Shown here: one piece after another, positions 25,044 to 34,869 of the stretch
How positions within the stretch are numbered: the first letter of the stretch is position 1
How the letters are laid out: each line of letters opens with the position of its first letter
Assembly: GCA_029717555.1 (NCBI GenBank)
Contig: JAMDHS010000021.1
Coordinates: 62,001 to 126,000, forward strand
Reading direction: 5' to 3'
DNA length: 64,000 nucleotides
From: Peribolospora baueri
Taxonomy: Eukaryota
Translations under genes and position numbers: made by a program
The notes under the pieces: model-generated
Database searches by the model: none
What the model was told of the DNA's origin: nothing
What the model saw: the letters and a program-made list of their open reading frames with translations, nothing else

Positions 25044-26430
25044 CTTGATTGATTGTATTAGGAGGGTGGTAGATCAACTACGAGGGACGTTTGTGAAAGA
25101 GGGAAGAACCTGCTTCGAAAGAAGATGAAGAGCGTGGCGTGGGGCGTTGGGGCGAAGACCGGCTTCGAGTTGGTTGGATGTAGAGAGTGTTGGAGAGGTG
25201 AGGGGAGGACCAGCAGGGGGGTTGGCCAGGCCCTTTTATGTGTTCGCAGACGTGGGCGTCGCACTCGTGTGTCTCGCCCACGAGCCTAAGCGTGTGCGAG
25301 GTCGCTGGACGAGCGAGGGCGCCCTAGTGTGGTACGGAGCAGATCGTCGGACGGAACGACCGGCTTCCGACGGCCTTGAGCGCCCTGCCTTGAGCCTAGC
25401 GCCGGCCGCCTTTGGACTAGTTCCCTGCGGGCGGTCTCCCGCAGCCATCGGATCGGTATCGCGAGTCGGGCGAAGAAAAGCGTCCTGGCAGGCCGACAGG
25501 ATGTCACGTTCGCTCAGCCGGACGATGGCGATGGCGAGGGCGTTGGACGGCTAATGTGCGAGACACATGCGGTGAAGTACGAGGCATGATCCGCCACAAG
25601 GAAGCATGCATGCAAGCGAGTTGAATATGCAACGCCACGTTGACCGGCCTGACGAGGACGCCACCGAGCATCGCCTCGGCGCCATAGGCGCTCTGAATCC
25701 GCGTCTTGTCCCTCCGCCATTCCGCGGGCCGGCGGCCGCAGCAGGATCAGACTTGCATGGGACGGATATCGGGTGAGTGGAAAACCGACGCGACGCTCAC
25801 GTCTATCCTCACACGCCCCCAAGCTCATCGCGTACCGACACCGCCCCGCAACGCCCCGCGATGCCCCGAGCGGGCGAGGCGGTGAGACACCTGGCCTGGG
25901 TCGTCCGTCGTCGAGCGAGGGACCGCAGGAAGCCCAGGACGGACGGAGGAGGACGCATGGTCGGTGTAAACTGCTCGCCGCCGACACCAGCCCCCCCTCC
26001 GTCGCTTGTGGCTCTCTCTGTCGCCATCTGTCATGTGGGCGTCGTCCGCACCGCCCTCTCCGCCAGCCAAGCACCGGCATCAACCGGGAGGAAGTTTCGT
26101 CCCATCCTCTCCACGTCCTTCGCCGTGTCGGTGCGGCAATGAGGACATACTCGTGGCGTCCGGCCGGTGGCCACCAACGCCGCCCGCGTCTGGCCTCCAA
26201 GCCCGTGACCCGCATTCCTACTACTTAAGCAGCTCATCCCCCTCGCGCTCCCTTCTTTTCCCCTCCATCCCGGAGATCCCCTTTGTTTCTTACCCCTAAC
26301 CTCTTTGCCTTCGCCTTCTTTTTGCACGGTAGCCGGTCTGCTGTAGCCCCCTTTGCCCAAACATTCCTTCAGATCTTTCAACTTCACGTTCTACCCTCAG
26401 CCTTATCTTCTTCTCCCCTCCCCCGTCACA

Positions 26431-27360
26431 ATGGTCACCTCTTCGCTCCTCAAGATCGCCCTCGTCGCCTTCGCGGCTCACGCCATGGCCACTCCCCTCG
26501 CTGAGCGGGACTACACCCGCCGTACCGACATCACTGGCCAGTGCAACTACCAGAACGACGGCTCGACGGTCAAGTGCGTCAACGCTCCCTTGATCGGCGG
26601 CTCGGCAGGCAACACGGTCATCAACGGCCCCAAGCCCGGGCCGGCGATCTACGAGCGGGAAATTGTCTACAACATGAGGGACATTGACGAGGCGGCCGTG
26701 TTCATGCGCCGCGCCGACGCGGAGGAGTTTTTGATCCGCGACAACTTGGCGGTCCGCGACACGACCATCACCGGTAATGCCAACGGCGCGAACAACGGTA
26801 ACAGCTGCAGCTTGACCCTTCGCCGCCGCGGCAACCCCAACTACACGTGCAACAACGACCCGAAGGTGGGCTCGATCGGTGGCAACACGGTGATCAACGG
26901 CCGCCGTGACGCCAACAACGGGAACAACGCCAACAAGTGCTCCATCCACGTCCGCGACGGTCACGGTACGACGTTCATTTGCGACAACGAGCCGACTGTC
27001 GGTGCGATCGGCGGCAACACGGTCGAGAACGGTCCCAACCCTGGACCGGTGACGATCGGTAAGCGCCTCAACCTCGAGGGCTCTCACACGGCGTACAACA
27101 TGGCTTCCGTTCGTGACGTTGTTGCGTACCACGACCGACGAGCTCTTCTCGAGGGCACTGAGCCGCTGTACCGCCGCGAGGACCTCTGCCCCGGCGTCCC
27201 TGTGGGCCCGAGCGGCGGCCACACGACGCTGAATGGCCCGGTGGGCCAGTCCGTTTACTACAAGAACGCGAAGCGGTGCTCGAACCAGCCGGTGCCTCCC
27301 ACCGCTCCCACCGTCACCATGAACCCTCCCGTAGCCGGCCAGGTCTACTACGGCCACTGA
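26431..27360 (+). CDS. Secreted Kex2-processed Asn/Gly/Cys repeat protein B (309 aa, intronless)
   Basis: Signal peptide MVTSSLLKIALVAFAAHAMA; repeats of C-x-N-x-P-x-(I/V)G-xx-GNTV(I/E)NG; several RR/KR sites. Confidence 0.9.
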   Translation: MVTSSLLKIALVAFAAHAMATPLAERDYTRRTDITGQCNYQNDGSTVKCVNAPLIGGSAGNTVINGPKPGPAIYEREIVYNMRDIDEAAVFMRRADAEEFLIRDNLAVRDTTITGNANGANNGNSCSLTLRRRGNPNYTCNNDPKVGSIGGNTVINGRRDANNGNNANKCSIHVRDGHGTTFICDNEPTVGAIGGNTVENGPNPGPVTIGKRLNLEGSHTAYNMASVRDVVAYHDRRALLEGTEPLYRREDLCPGVPVGPSGGHTTLNGPVGQSVYYKNAKRCSNQPVPPTAPTVTMNPPVAGQVYYGH

Positions 27361-27743
27361 ACGCGGACGTACGGATGGATGTGTGACTTCGTTGGGAACT
27401 GTTCCCGGGGAAAAAAGCCTGTACTCTAATTTAGTTAAAACCTCGTGCTGTCGGGGTGGGCTTTTTTTTCCGCTACCTCCGGCGACGGCTAATGGAAGAC
27501 GAGGTTTTTGAACGTGAATTTCTTTTGTGCACGTTTGCCAAACAAACATGAACCTGGGGAAGACGGGACGGGCGGGCAGGGCAGGTCTCCGAGAGAGAGA
27601 GAGCGTAGTGTAGTGTCGTGCCTCGCTCGCGGTTGGGATGGATTGCGTCTGACGAGACGGGAATGACGGAGATGGTGCGGGGCGGCGAGGAGGAAAAGGA
27701 AGGACGTGTTCCAGTACAGTAAATAGTACGTTCCCGGCCCGGC

Positions 27744-27812
27744 CCAAGCCAAGCCAAGCCAAGCCACCCGGTGGCCGGCTGCGAGGGTCGCCAACAGTAT
27801 CCATTCGCCGAC

Positions 27813-27848
<36 letters not shown>
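27744..27848. repeat. Microsatellites (CCAAG)n and (GTCT)n
   Basis: Tandem CCAAG at about 27744-27765 and GTCT at about 27813-27848. Confidence 0.95.
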
Positions 27849-27852
<4 letters not shown>

Positions 27853-28676
27853 TTCTTTCTTTCTTTCCTTCTGTATGTGTGTGTGAGAAGACCAGGTAGA
27901 AGAGAAAGAACGTGCTTGCTGAACGACGAGGACGGGCGTATCTATCCGAAGGTTGCTCTCCGCGCGCATGCGGGATGCGATGCGAGGAGTGCATACATAC
28001 ATGCGTTCGTTCACACGACGTGCGTTCGGTCGTTGGCGTGAGCGTATTCGGAAGCGGATGGAGCGCCCGCCTTGTGCGAGTGTCGGTTGTGTCGCCGGGT
28101 CGCCGCTCGGAGACGGACACGGAGGCAGCTAACGGCGAACCCGCGCGGACGCCTCTGTCACTACTACCACTGCCTTCTCCTCGCTAGCGATATTGGCGCA
28201 GCCCTTCCATTCATTGGCTGGCACCGACCGTCCCTCCGCCCACTCGAGGCTCCGGCTCCGCTTGGGCAGCCGCCGATGGCGCCGATGGCGCCGCCCGTCG
28301 ACGGTGGTGGTCTGACCTGACTCCGCCTTTTGCCTTTTGTCCTTCGGGCCCATCTAACAGACAGAGACACAGAGGACAATGCGCGACGACATGCGGTCCG
28401 TGCGGTGCTCATCCGGATCATTTGACAGGGCCCGTGTGACTGACTGATGACAGACTGACGCCATGCATTCTGCCCGACCGAGGCCGTTCGTGAGCGGACA
28501 CAGAAAGAGAGGGAGCGGACAACGCATAAAAGTCAACAACGGTCCGCCGACGGTTCGTCCAAAACGCACACGTTCGCAATCCATCACTTTCTTGCCTTTT
28601 TTCCTTTTTTTTCCTCCCTTCGACACATACACACACACACCGTTGCCGTTGCCCTTTCCCCAATACCATCTTGAAG

Positions 28677-29313
28677 ATGAAGTTTGCTTTCCCCGTCGTT
28701 CTCGCCCTCTCCGCCGTCGCCGGTTGCGTGGCTGCCGACGCGGCCGCTACGCCTGTGAGTGCCTGGCTTGGCTTTGCTGCATAAGGTATGGATGGATGGA
28801 TGGACGGGTAGACTGACCGAATCCACGTCGCTTCTCTTCCACGCCTCGCTCCCAGGTCGCCGTCGCTGCCCGCCAAGCGACGTTCTCGTGCGGCAGCAAA
28901 CGAGATTTCACCGTCGGAGGCACGTGAGTGGGGGTCGTAAGAAGGAGAAGAGGCGAAGAAGGTGGGAGCGAAGGCATCTGACGAACAAGTCTCTCCCTCT
29001 CTCTCATCTCGTTTCTAGCACCACCGGCAGCAACAACAACATAACGTGCCCGGACAGCGGGTCTGGCTCCGGCACGTCCGTCCACTCGGTGTCCAGCTCG
29101 GACGGCACGACGACCATCGTATCCGTCTCGAGCTCTGGGCCGTCCGGCACGACCGTCAGCGTCAGCGGCGGTTCGAGCACTAGCACCATCATCCCTTCCC
29201 AGGCTTCGAGCGGCAGCAGCAGCGGTAAGAACGATGCACCGATGACGGCGCAGGCGCCCATTGTCGCTATCTCCCTCGCCATGCTCGCTGGCGCTGGTGC
29301 GGTGTTGCTGTGA
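28677..29313 (+). CDS. Predicted GPI-anchored Ser/Thr-rich surface protein C (146 aa, 3 exons) carrying one copy of the protein-A motif
   Basis: Exons 28677-28754, 28856-28923, 29019-29313 (GTGAGT donors, CAG/TAG acceptors, phases consistent) give MKFAFPVVLALSAVAGCVAADAAATPVAVAARQATFSCGSKRDFTVGGTTTGSNNNITCPDSGSGSG...SSGKNDAPMTAQAPIVAISLAMLAGAGAVLL. Confidence 0.88.
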
Positions 29314-30688
29314 AGGAAGGAGGAGCGATACGGACGGTTGGGGAGGCGTCAAGTAGTCACCTAATTAACCTTCGAAGCGCTACCTACCGCTCGTGATGAA
29401 TTGTAACGAACGACATTGTATCGACATCGTCATCATCGTCGTTGTCGTCATCATCACGCACAGAAGACAGAGAAACCCGGGGAGAGGCTGGGTCGTCGAG
29501 AAGGAGTCAAACAGCCGGCATTCGTCTGTCGTCTTCCTTTCGTTTTTCTTATTTCCCCCGTTTTTCCGTTTTCCGTTCTGACCGGACGAGCGGTCAAAGG
29601 CCGTGTCCGTATTCGGTCTCGAAGAGAGGGAAATGTGCAGATGGGCCGGGAGGGCAAGGATGGGCGGATGTATGGTATGGCCTGGGCGAGCGCTTTCCCG
29701 CACCCATCCATTCATTCATCTATTTATCCAGCCATCCGTTCATCCTTCCATCCGTCCATCCATCCATCCGCCCAGCCGCGTTCCTCCGGCGGGGCTCGCG
29801 AGACGGGCGAGACGGGCGAGTTAGGATGGATGGATGGCTTGGGCTTGGGCTTGGGGCTTGGCGCGGAGGCGTACGCAGTGGACACGGTTAGCTTACGCCT
29901 ATAATGCAGTCGGTCAGTCGGTCGGCTACATACATGCGTCCGCCCGCGGCGTCCATTAGCAAAGATGAAGTGCAGCGGGCGCTCGCTCGGACGGACATGG
30001 GCAACGAGGAGGGGAGGGGGAGCGCGCCGCTGGCTGGCGTCCCTCCCTCGGCGGCCTGCTTACGACGCCTCGGCGTCGCCTTGCCTCGCCTTTCCCTGGG
30101 TGGAGGGCGACGACGGGAGCGAGTGAGAGAAAGAAAGTGGCGCACGGTGACATGGAGGCGGCGTATGGGTCTGCGTCGCGGTCGACGGGGGGAAGGAGGC
30201 AAGGGAGGACGTCGACGGCGGCGGTGGGACGGGACGACGGCCGTCGTCGGTTGTTCATTTGATATCGTGGCGGTGGCGCTGGTGTTGGCGGCGGCGGTGT
30301 TAGTGGTCGTCGGCTTTTGGGCGTCGTCTCGTGGTCATCTCGTGGTCAGGTCGGTGGCCCGCGGTCCAACCCATATCCATAATCATATTCATATCTTTCC
30401 TTCTTCGGCCCATCGCCGCCGCTTCCGGCCACCCCGCACAGACAGACTGAGACAAAAGACAAACGGACGACGTCGTCGTCGATCACCGTCGATCGATCGC
30501 CGCCGCATACAGTCGCGGTCAGTGACGGTCACGGTCAGTCGTCGTCATCTTCGTCGTCAGTCAGTCAGAGCGCATTCATCCATCCATCCATCCTCGTCGC
30601 CGCTCCTCACCATTCTCCTCACCATCATCACCTCCTCCCCATTCTCATCCTCCTCCTCCCCATCCTCCATCCCCCCTCCACCCACCTC

Positions 30689-32366
30689 ATGATCGCCTCC
30701 ATGTCCCTCTCCGCCCCCTCGACCAGCCGCCTCCAGCCACCCAGCCCCGCCCTCTCTCTTAATAGCCCCGGAGGAGGCATTCTCCTCAACCGCCATCGAC
30801 CACCCTGCCTCGCCGCCGCCCAAGACCAGCAGCCGCCGCCCATCCACTCCTCCGCCCCGCCCGCCTCGGACGCTGCTGAGCCCCACGCCCACGCGCCCAC
30901 TTTCACCACCACCTCCTTCCTCCCTTCCACCTCTGCCGTCCCCTTCGGCACCCCGCCCAGAAGACACGCGGAAATAGCGAACGAAGACGGCGACGGCGCC
31001 ACCGTCGACGCTGCCGACCAAGGTGAGCAAGCGAGCCAGCGAGCCAGCGGACATGGGCACAACTTCTTCAACAACTCCGAGCTCACATCCCCGGTCCTCT
31101 TTCTCTTCCTTCCCCTTCTTCTGCTTTTCTCGCCATATATTCCTGCTTCCCCCTTCACGGCCATCGGCTTAGATCCATTGACCGCGCCGACGATGACGCG
31201 GCCGACGTCGATCATGATGACAACGACCACGATAGGCGTCGCCAAGACCGATCCCCAACCAGCTCCTCCGCCTTCCGACGTCGACGCCGACCTGTCCCGC
31301 GGCCGCACGGATGCCGGCGACCGAGCGACCGCCAGTGGGTCTGTCCCCACCTCGCGCTCCGCCTCCCAGACCGTCAAGATCCGCTTCGCGCCCTTGCCCG
31401 ACCCTTCGCGCTACGACGATGACTCCTCCTCCTTCGACGACAGTGAAATCTCGGACGAGTACGACATCGTGCACATCAACGACACCAACGCCCCTTCATC
31501 CGGCGCCCTCCTCTCTGCTTCTGCGCCCAACGACGCCGCCGGCCGCGCCTGGGCCGAGGGGCAGGAGATCGTCTTGGCCGACGCCGAGGGCAAGACGCTA
31601 CGGGGTACCCTCGGCGGCATGGTCAAAAGGCCTGCCAGGTCGCGCAAAGAGGCTGGCGCCGCGGGCGCGCGAATCGGGGATGAAATCGAGGAGCGCATCG
31701 TCCAGCTCGATGGCTCGCCGTGGGCGGCGGCCGTCGCGCCAGCGGGAGAAGACGGTGGCGTCCGTCATCCCGCCGCCAAGGATCGCCCCGGCGGGGGCCA
31801 ATCCTCTGCCTCTGTGGCAACCAAGTCGGCCGGATGGGGCAAGAGGCTCCTCCGACCGCTGAGGATCGTCGGCAGCAGCGGCGGCGGCGCCTTCTCCTCC
31901 GACGCCCTCTCTCTCTCCCGCTCTCACTCTCGCGACGAAGGCAACGGTGCTGGCGCTACCGCCGACCGACGCGACGCGTCTGCACCGACGACCACCCTTG
32001 TCAGAGGACAGCTGGCGCGCCGGAGCAGCACGGGCCAGCTGATGGGCGAGAACCCGCACCGATCGCAGGCGGAGAAGGAAAGGATGAAGAGCATGCACGG
32101 TCGCAAGATCTCTCTCTTTGGCGGCGTTGGCGGCGGTGGTGGTGGTGGCGGCTCGGAGAGTCATTTCCCCCGCATAGACTCGTTGCCGGAGAAGAGCAGC
32201 AGCCGCCGGAGGTCGTCGTGCGATAAGGACAAGGACAAGGACGGCGGGAGGGGACGGAGGCTGTTCGGTTTCGGCAGCGGCTCCGTCACCTCGGTCACCC
32301 CGGATAACGACCTCTCCCTCTCGCGTACTCGCTCCGGCGGCACATCTGGCTCGACGTCGACCGTCT

Positions 32367-32398
<32 letters not shown>

Positions 32399-33250
32399 GG
32401 CGGTGAGCGAAGGAGGAAGAGATCCCGCTCCCGCGAAGGCCAGACGCCGCGAGAACGGGTGCCACTTGGTTCGGTGGGTTCTCGAAACCGCCAACTGCGC
32501 GAGCTCCGGCCGGGCGGAGCGGCAGGCGCGCCTCCGCCGTCATTCCGACCCTGGTCGTCCTCCTCCCTCCTCTCTTCCAACCCCAGCGTCGCCGGTCCCG
32601 GTCCCGCCGGCGCGCTCAATAAGCCCACCACCGTCGTGGACGAGCCCAAGTTTGATGAGTGGGGCCCACTCGCCTCGCCATCGTCCCGTCCGATCAACCT
32701 CACCGCCACGCCAGCCGTGGGGTCGTCCTCCGCCGACAAAACCGCAGTCACCGCCAAGGCGGGTTCATCAGGCGAAGGAGGCGACGCGGAGGACGACGAG
32801 GACGACGGGAGCGGGATGGCATGGGTACGACGAAGGCGAAAGCAGAGGGAGGAGAAGGAGAGGAGGGAGAAGGAGGCCAAGGAGGCCGCAGCTGCCGCGG
32901 CCGCTGCGATGAAGGGCGGCGCATCCGCCGACGACGCCGATGACAATTCAACCAAGCCGACTCCCGCTCGGGCGGCGGGCGACGGGATGGGCAACTCGGA
33001 TGAGCAGGTCATTGCCAGCTTTTCATCTTCGTCTTCCTCCACGCCATCCTCGTCTTCTTCGTCCCGGACTTCTTGCGATGAAGAAGGTCGACGGGATGAT
33101 GGGCTGGCTGTCCGTAGCGATGAGGAGGAGGACGAGGACGAGGAGGAAGAGGAAGAGGTGCTGCAGAAGGAGGAAGAAGAGGCGGAGAAGGCTCGACGAA
33201 CGACAAAGGCCGCCGGCGCCGAGGTCGTCCACGTTCACAAGCGCGAGTGA
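30689..33250 (+). CDS. Hypothetical low-complexity/disordered protein (probable intron near 31023-31171)
   Basis: Long open frame with islands KIRFAPLPDP, DDGSGMAWVRRRRKQREE and RRTTKAAGAE between Ser/Gly/Glu runs. No recognisable domain. Confidence 0.7.
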
Positions 33251-34015
33251 TGGGAGCGTTGGCCTTGGGGGTGGTGGTATGGAGGGGGGGCGGGGGCGAA
33301 TCTCACCACTGAGCCTTCTTATGGTCGTTATACCGTCTTGGCCCCGGTTCTGCCAAGCGTAGCAGGGGACGGACGAAGGGGGTGGTGTGGGGTTGATGTC
33401 TTCCAGCCTCACGGTACGACGTGCGTACAATTCGCACTCGCACATACCGACCGTGCCTGCCAAGGTGCGATCATATCTGCGTTGGGAAGCCTTGGCAAGC
33501 GGACCGCCAAGAACCTGAGGTGGTCGGTCGAACAACAAGCCTTCCCTTGCATGCTCCGATCGCGTCGCGCCACGGGCCCGCTTGTCGCCGTCCATCTCCT
33601 CCACCACCATCGTTCTCCGTCCTCCTCCTCCTCCTCCTCACCCACAACTACGACCACGGAAAACTGTTGTACAAAAATATTTGGCTACATAGCTACTTAC
33701 AGCACGAGCACGCACGCAGCTGGGCGCCATTCCTCCACTCTTTCTTTTCCTCTAATCTCCCTTTTCGTTGCCTCCATCCGTCCGTTCCGTCTGTCCGTGA
33801 CCCGACCCCCGCATCCCCAACATGGCTCCCGTCTTCTTCACCACTCCTTTTTTTGTTTTCTCCATCGTCTCTCCTTCTCCTTAGCCTGGAAATGTCAACT
33901 ACGTGCGCCGAGATCTTTCTAGTCCAGCCTTTACTGCTTGTCTCTGGTCGCACGAGCGCTTCTTCTTTCCTTCTTTGTGTCGCTATCGCCCCCGTCCTAC
34001 CCTTTGTTTTTTTTT

Positions 34016-34026
34016 GTTTTGTTTTG

Positions 34027-34057
<31 letters not shown>

Positions 34058-34060
34058 TTT
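34016..34060. repeat. Microsatellite (GTTTT)n
   Basis: Tandem GTTTT units in the intergenic/3' UTR region. Confidence 0.95.
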
Positions 34061-34869
34061 CCCTTTCCTTCCGTCCCTTTGCCGCCCGCCGGGTGCTGGC
34101 GGCGTTCTTCTCTTCAGTCTGTCTCTACACGCCACGCCGCGCCGCACCGGCCTTGTTGTACTTGTACCATACATACGTCTTTAATCCTATCCGACACGTG
34201 GCCTCGGACGCGGACAGGCGCAGGCGTGAGAAGGAAGGAAGGGACGTTGGGCGGTTGACGCTGATGCCGACGCGGGAGATGAAAATGATTGGGGCCAACG
34301 GCGTGTCTCTCTCTCTCTCTCTCGGCCCCGTGCACTGTCATCCGCTTCACAGACGCTCCTGCTGGACGGCACGTCGTCCGAACCAGCGGACGACGCCGGA
34401 CGAGCGAGCGCCCGAGCCGAGCCGACCGGAGGGAGAAAAAGAAGTCGAACGGAGTAGTGACGACACGACACGACGCCTCGCTTGCTTGGCTGGGACACGG
34501 GCGGGGGCACGGACCGCATTGCATTCTGACTGACTGACTGACTGACCGACAGGATAGGGCAAAGAATGATTATTAGAGCTAGGCCGTCGATATCGTACAC
34601 CGCTTCTCCATCATCCCGTACTCGTACATGGGCCAGGGCGCTCGGAGCAATGTGCAACCATATGAAACGATGCAAGATTACGGACGGCCGGCATCTGCCC
34701 CTCCTCCTCCTCCTCTTGCTCCCCTTGCTCCCCTTTCTTCTTCTTCCTCTTCCCCCCGGGCAGAAGGTTGATTAAAAAATGCGGTACGAGAGATGCGACG
34801 TCAGACGACGGCGGGCCAAACTAGGGATAGTCGGATGAACACGGCATGTATGTGGACAAGGCCTTTAAA

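Noticed and set aside
24429..27360. Dikaritin-type RiPP biosynthetic cluster interpretation of the repeat precursors
   Set aside because: No DUF3328/UstYa oxidase (HxxHC motifs), tyrosinase or other tailoring gene is visible nearby, and the cores lack the Tyr-centred pattern. Enzymes encoded elsewhere cannot be excluded.
26296..28014. 572-aa minus-strand ORF
   Set aside because: It is the antisense shadow of gene B plus translated microsatellites (RQTDRQTD, LAWLGL). The plus strand has the signal peptide and repeat structure.
24429..29313. Hydrophobin or pheromone precursor assignment
   Set aside because: There is no 8-Cys hydrophobin spacing with CC pairs and no C-terminal CAAX motif.
27400..34780. 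CRISPR-like or other regular arrays among the many short repeats
   Set aside because: These are simple microsatellites without spacers, in a eukaryotic context.
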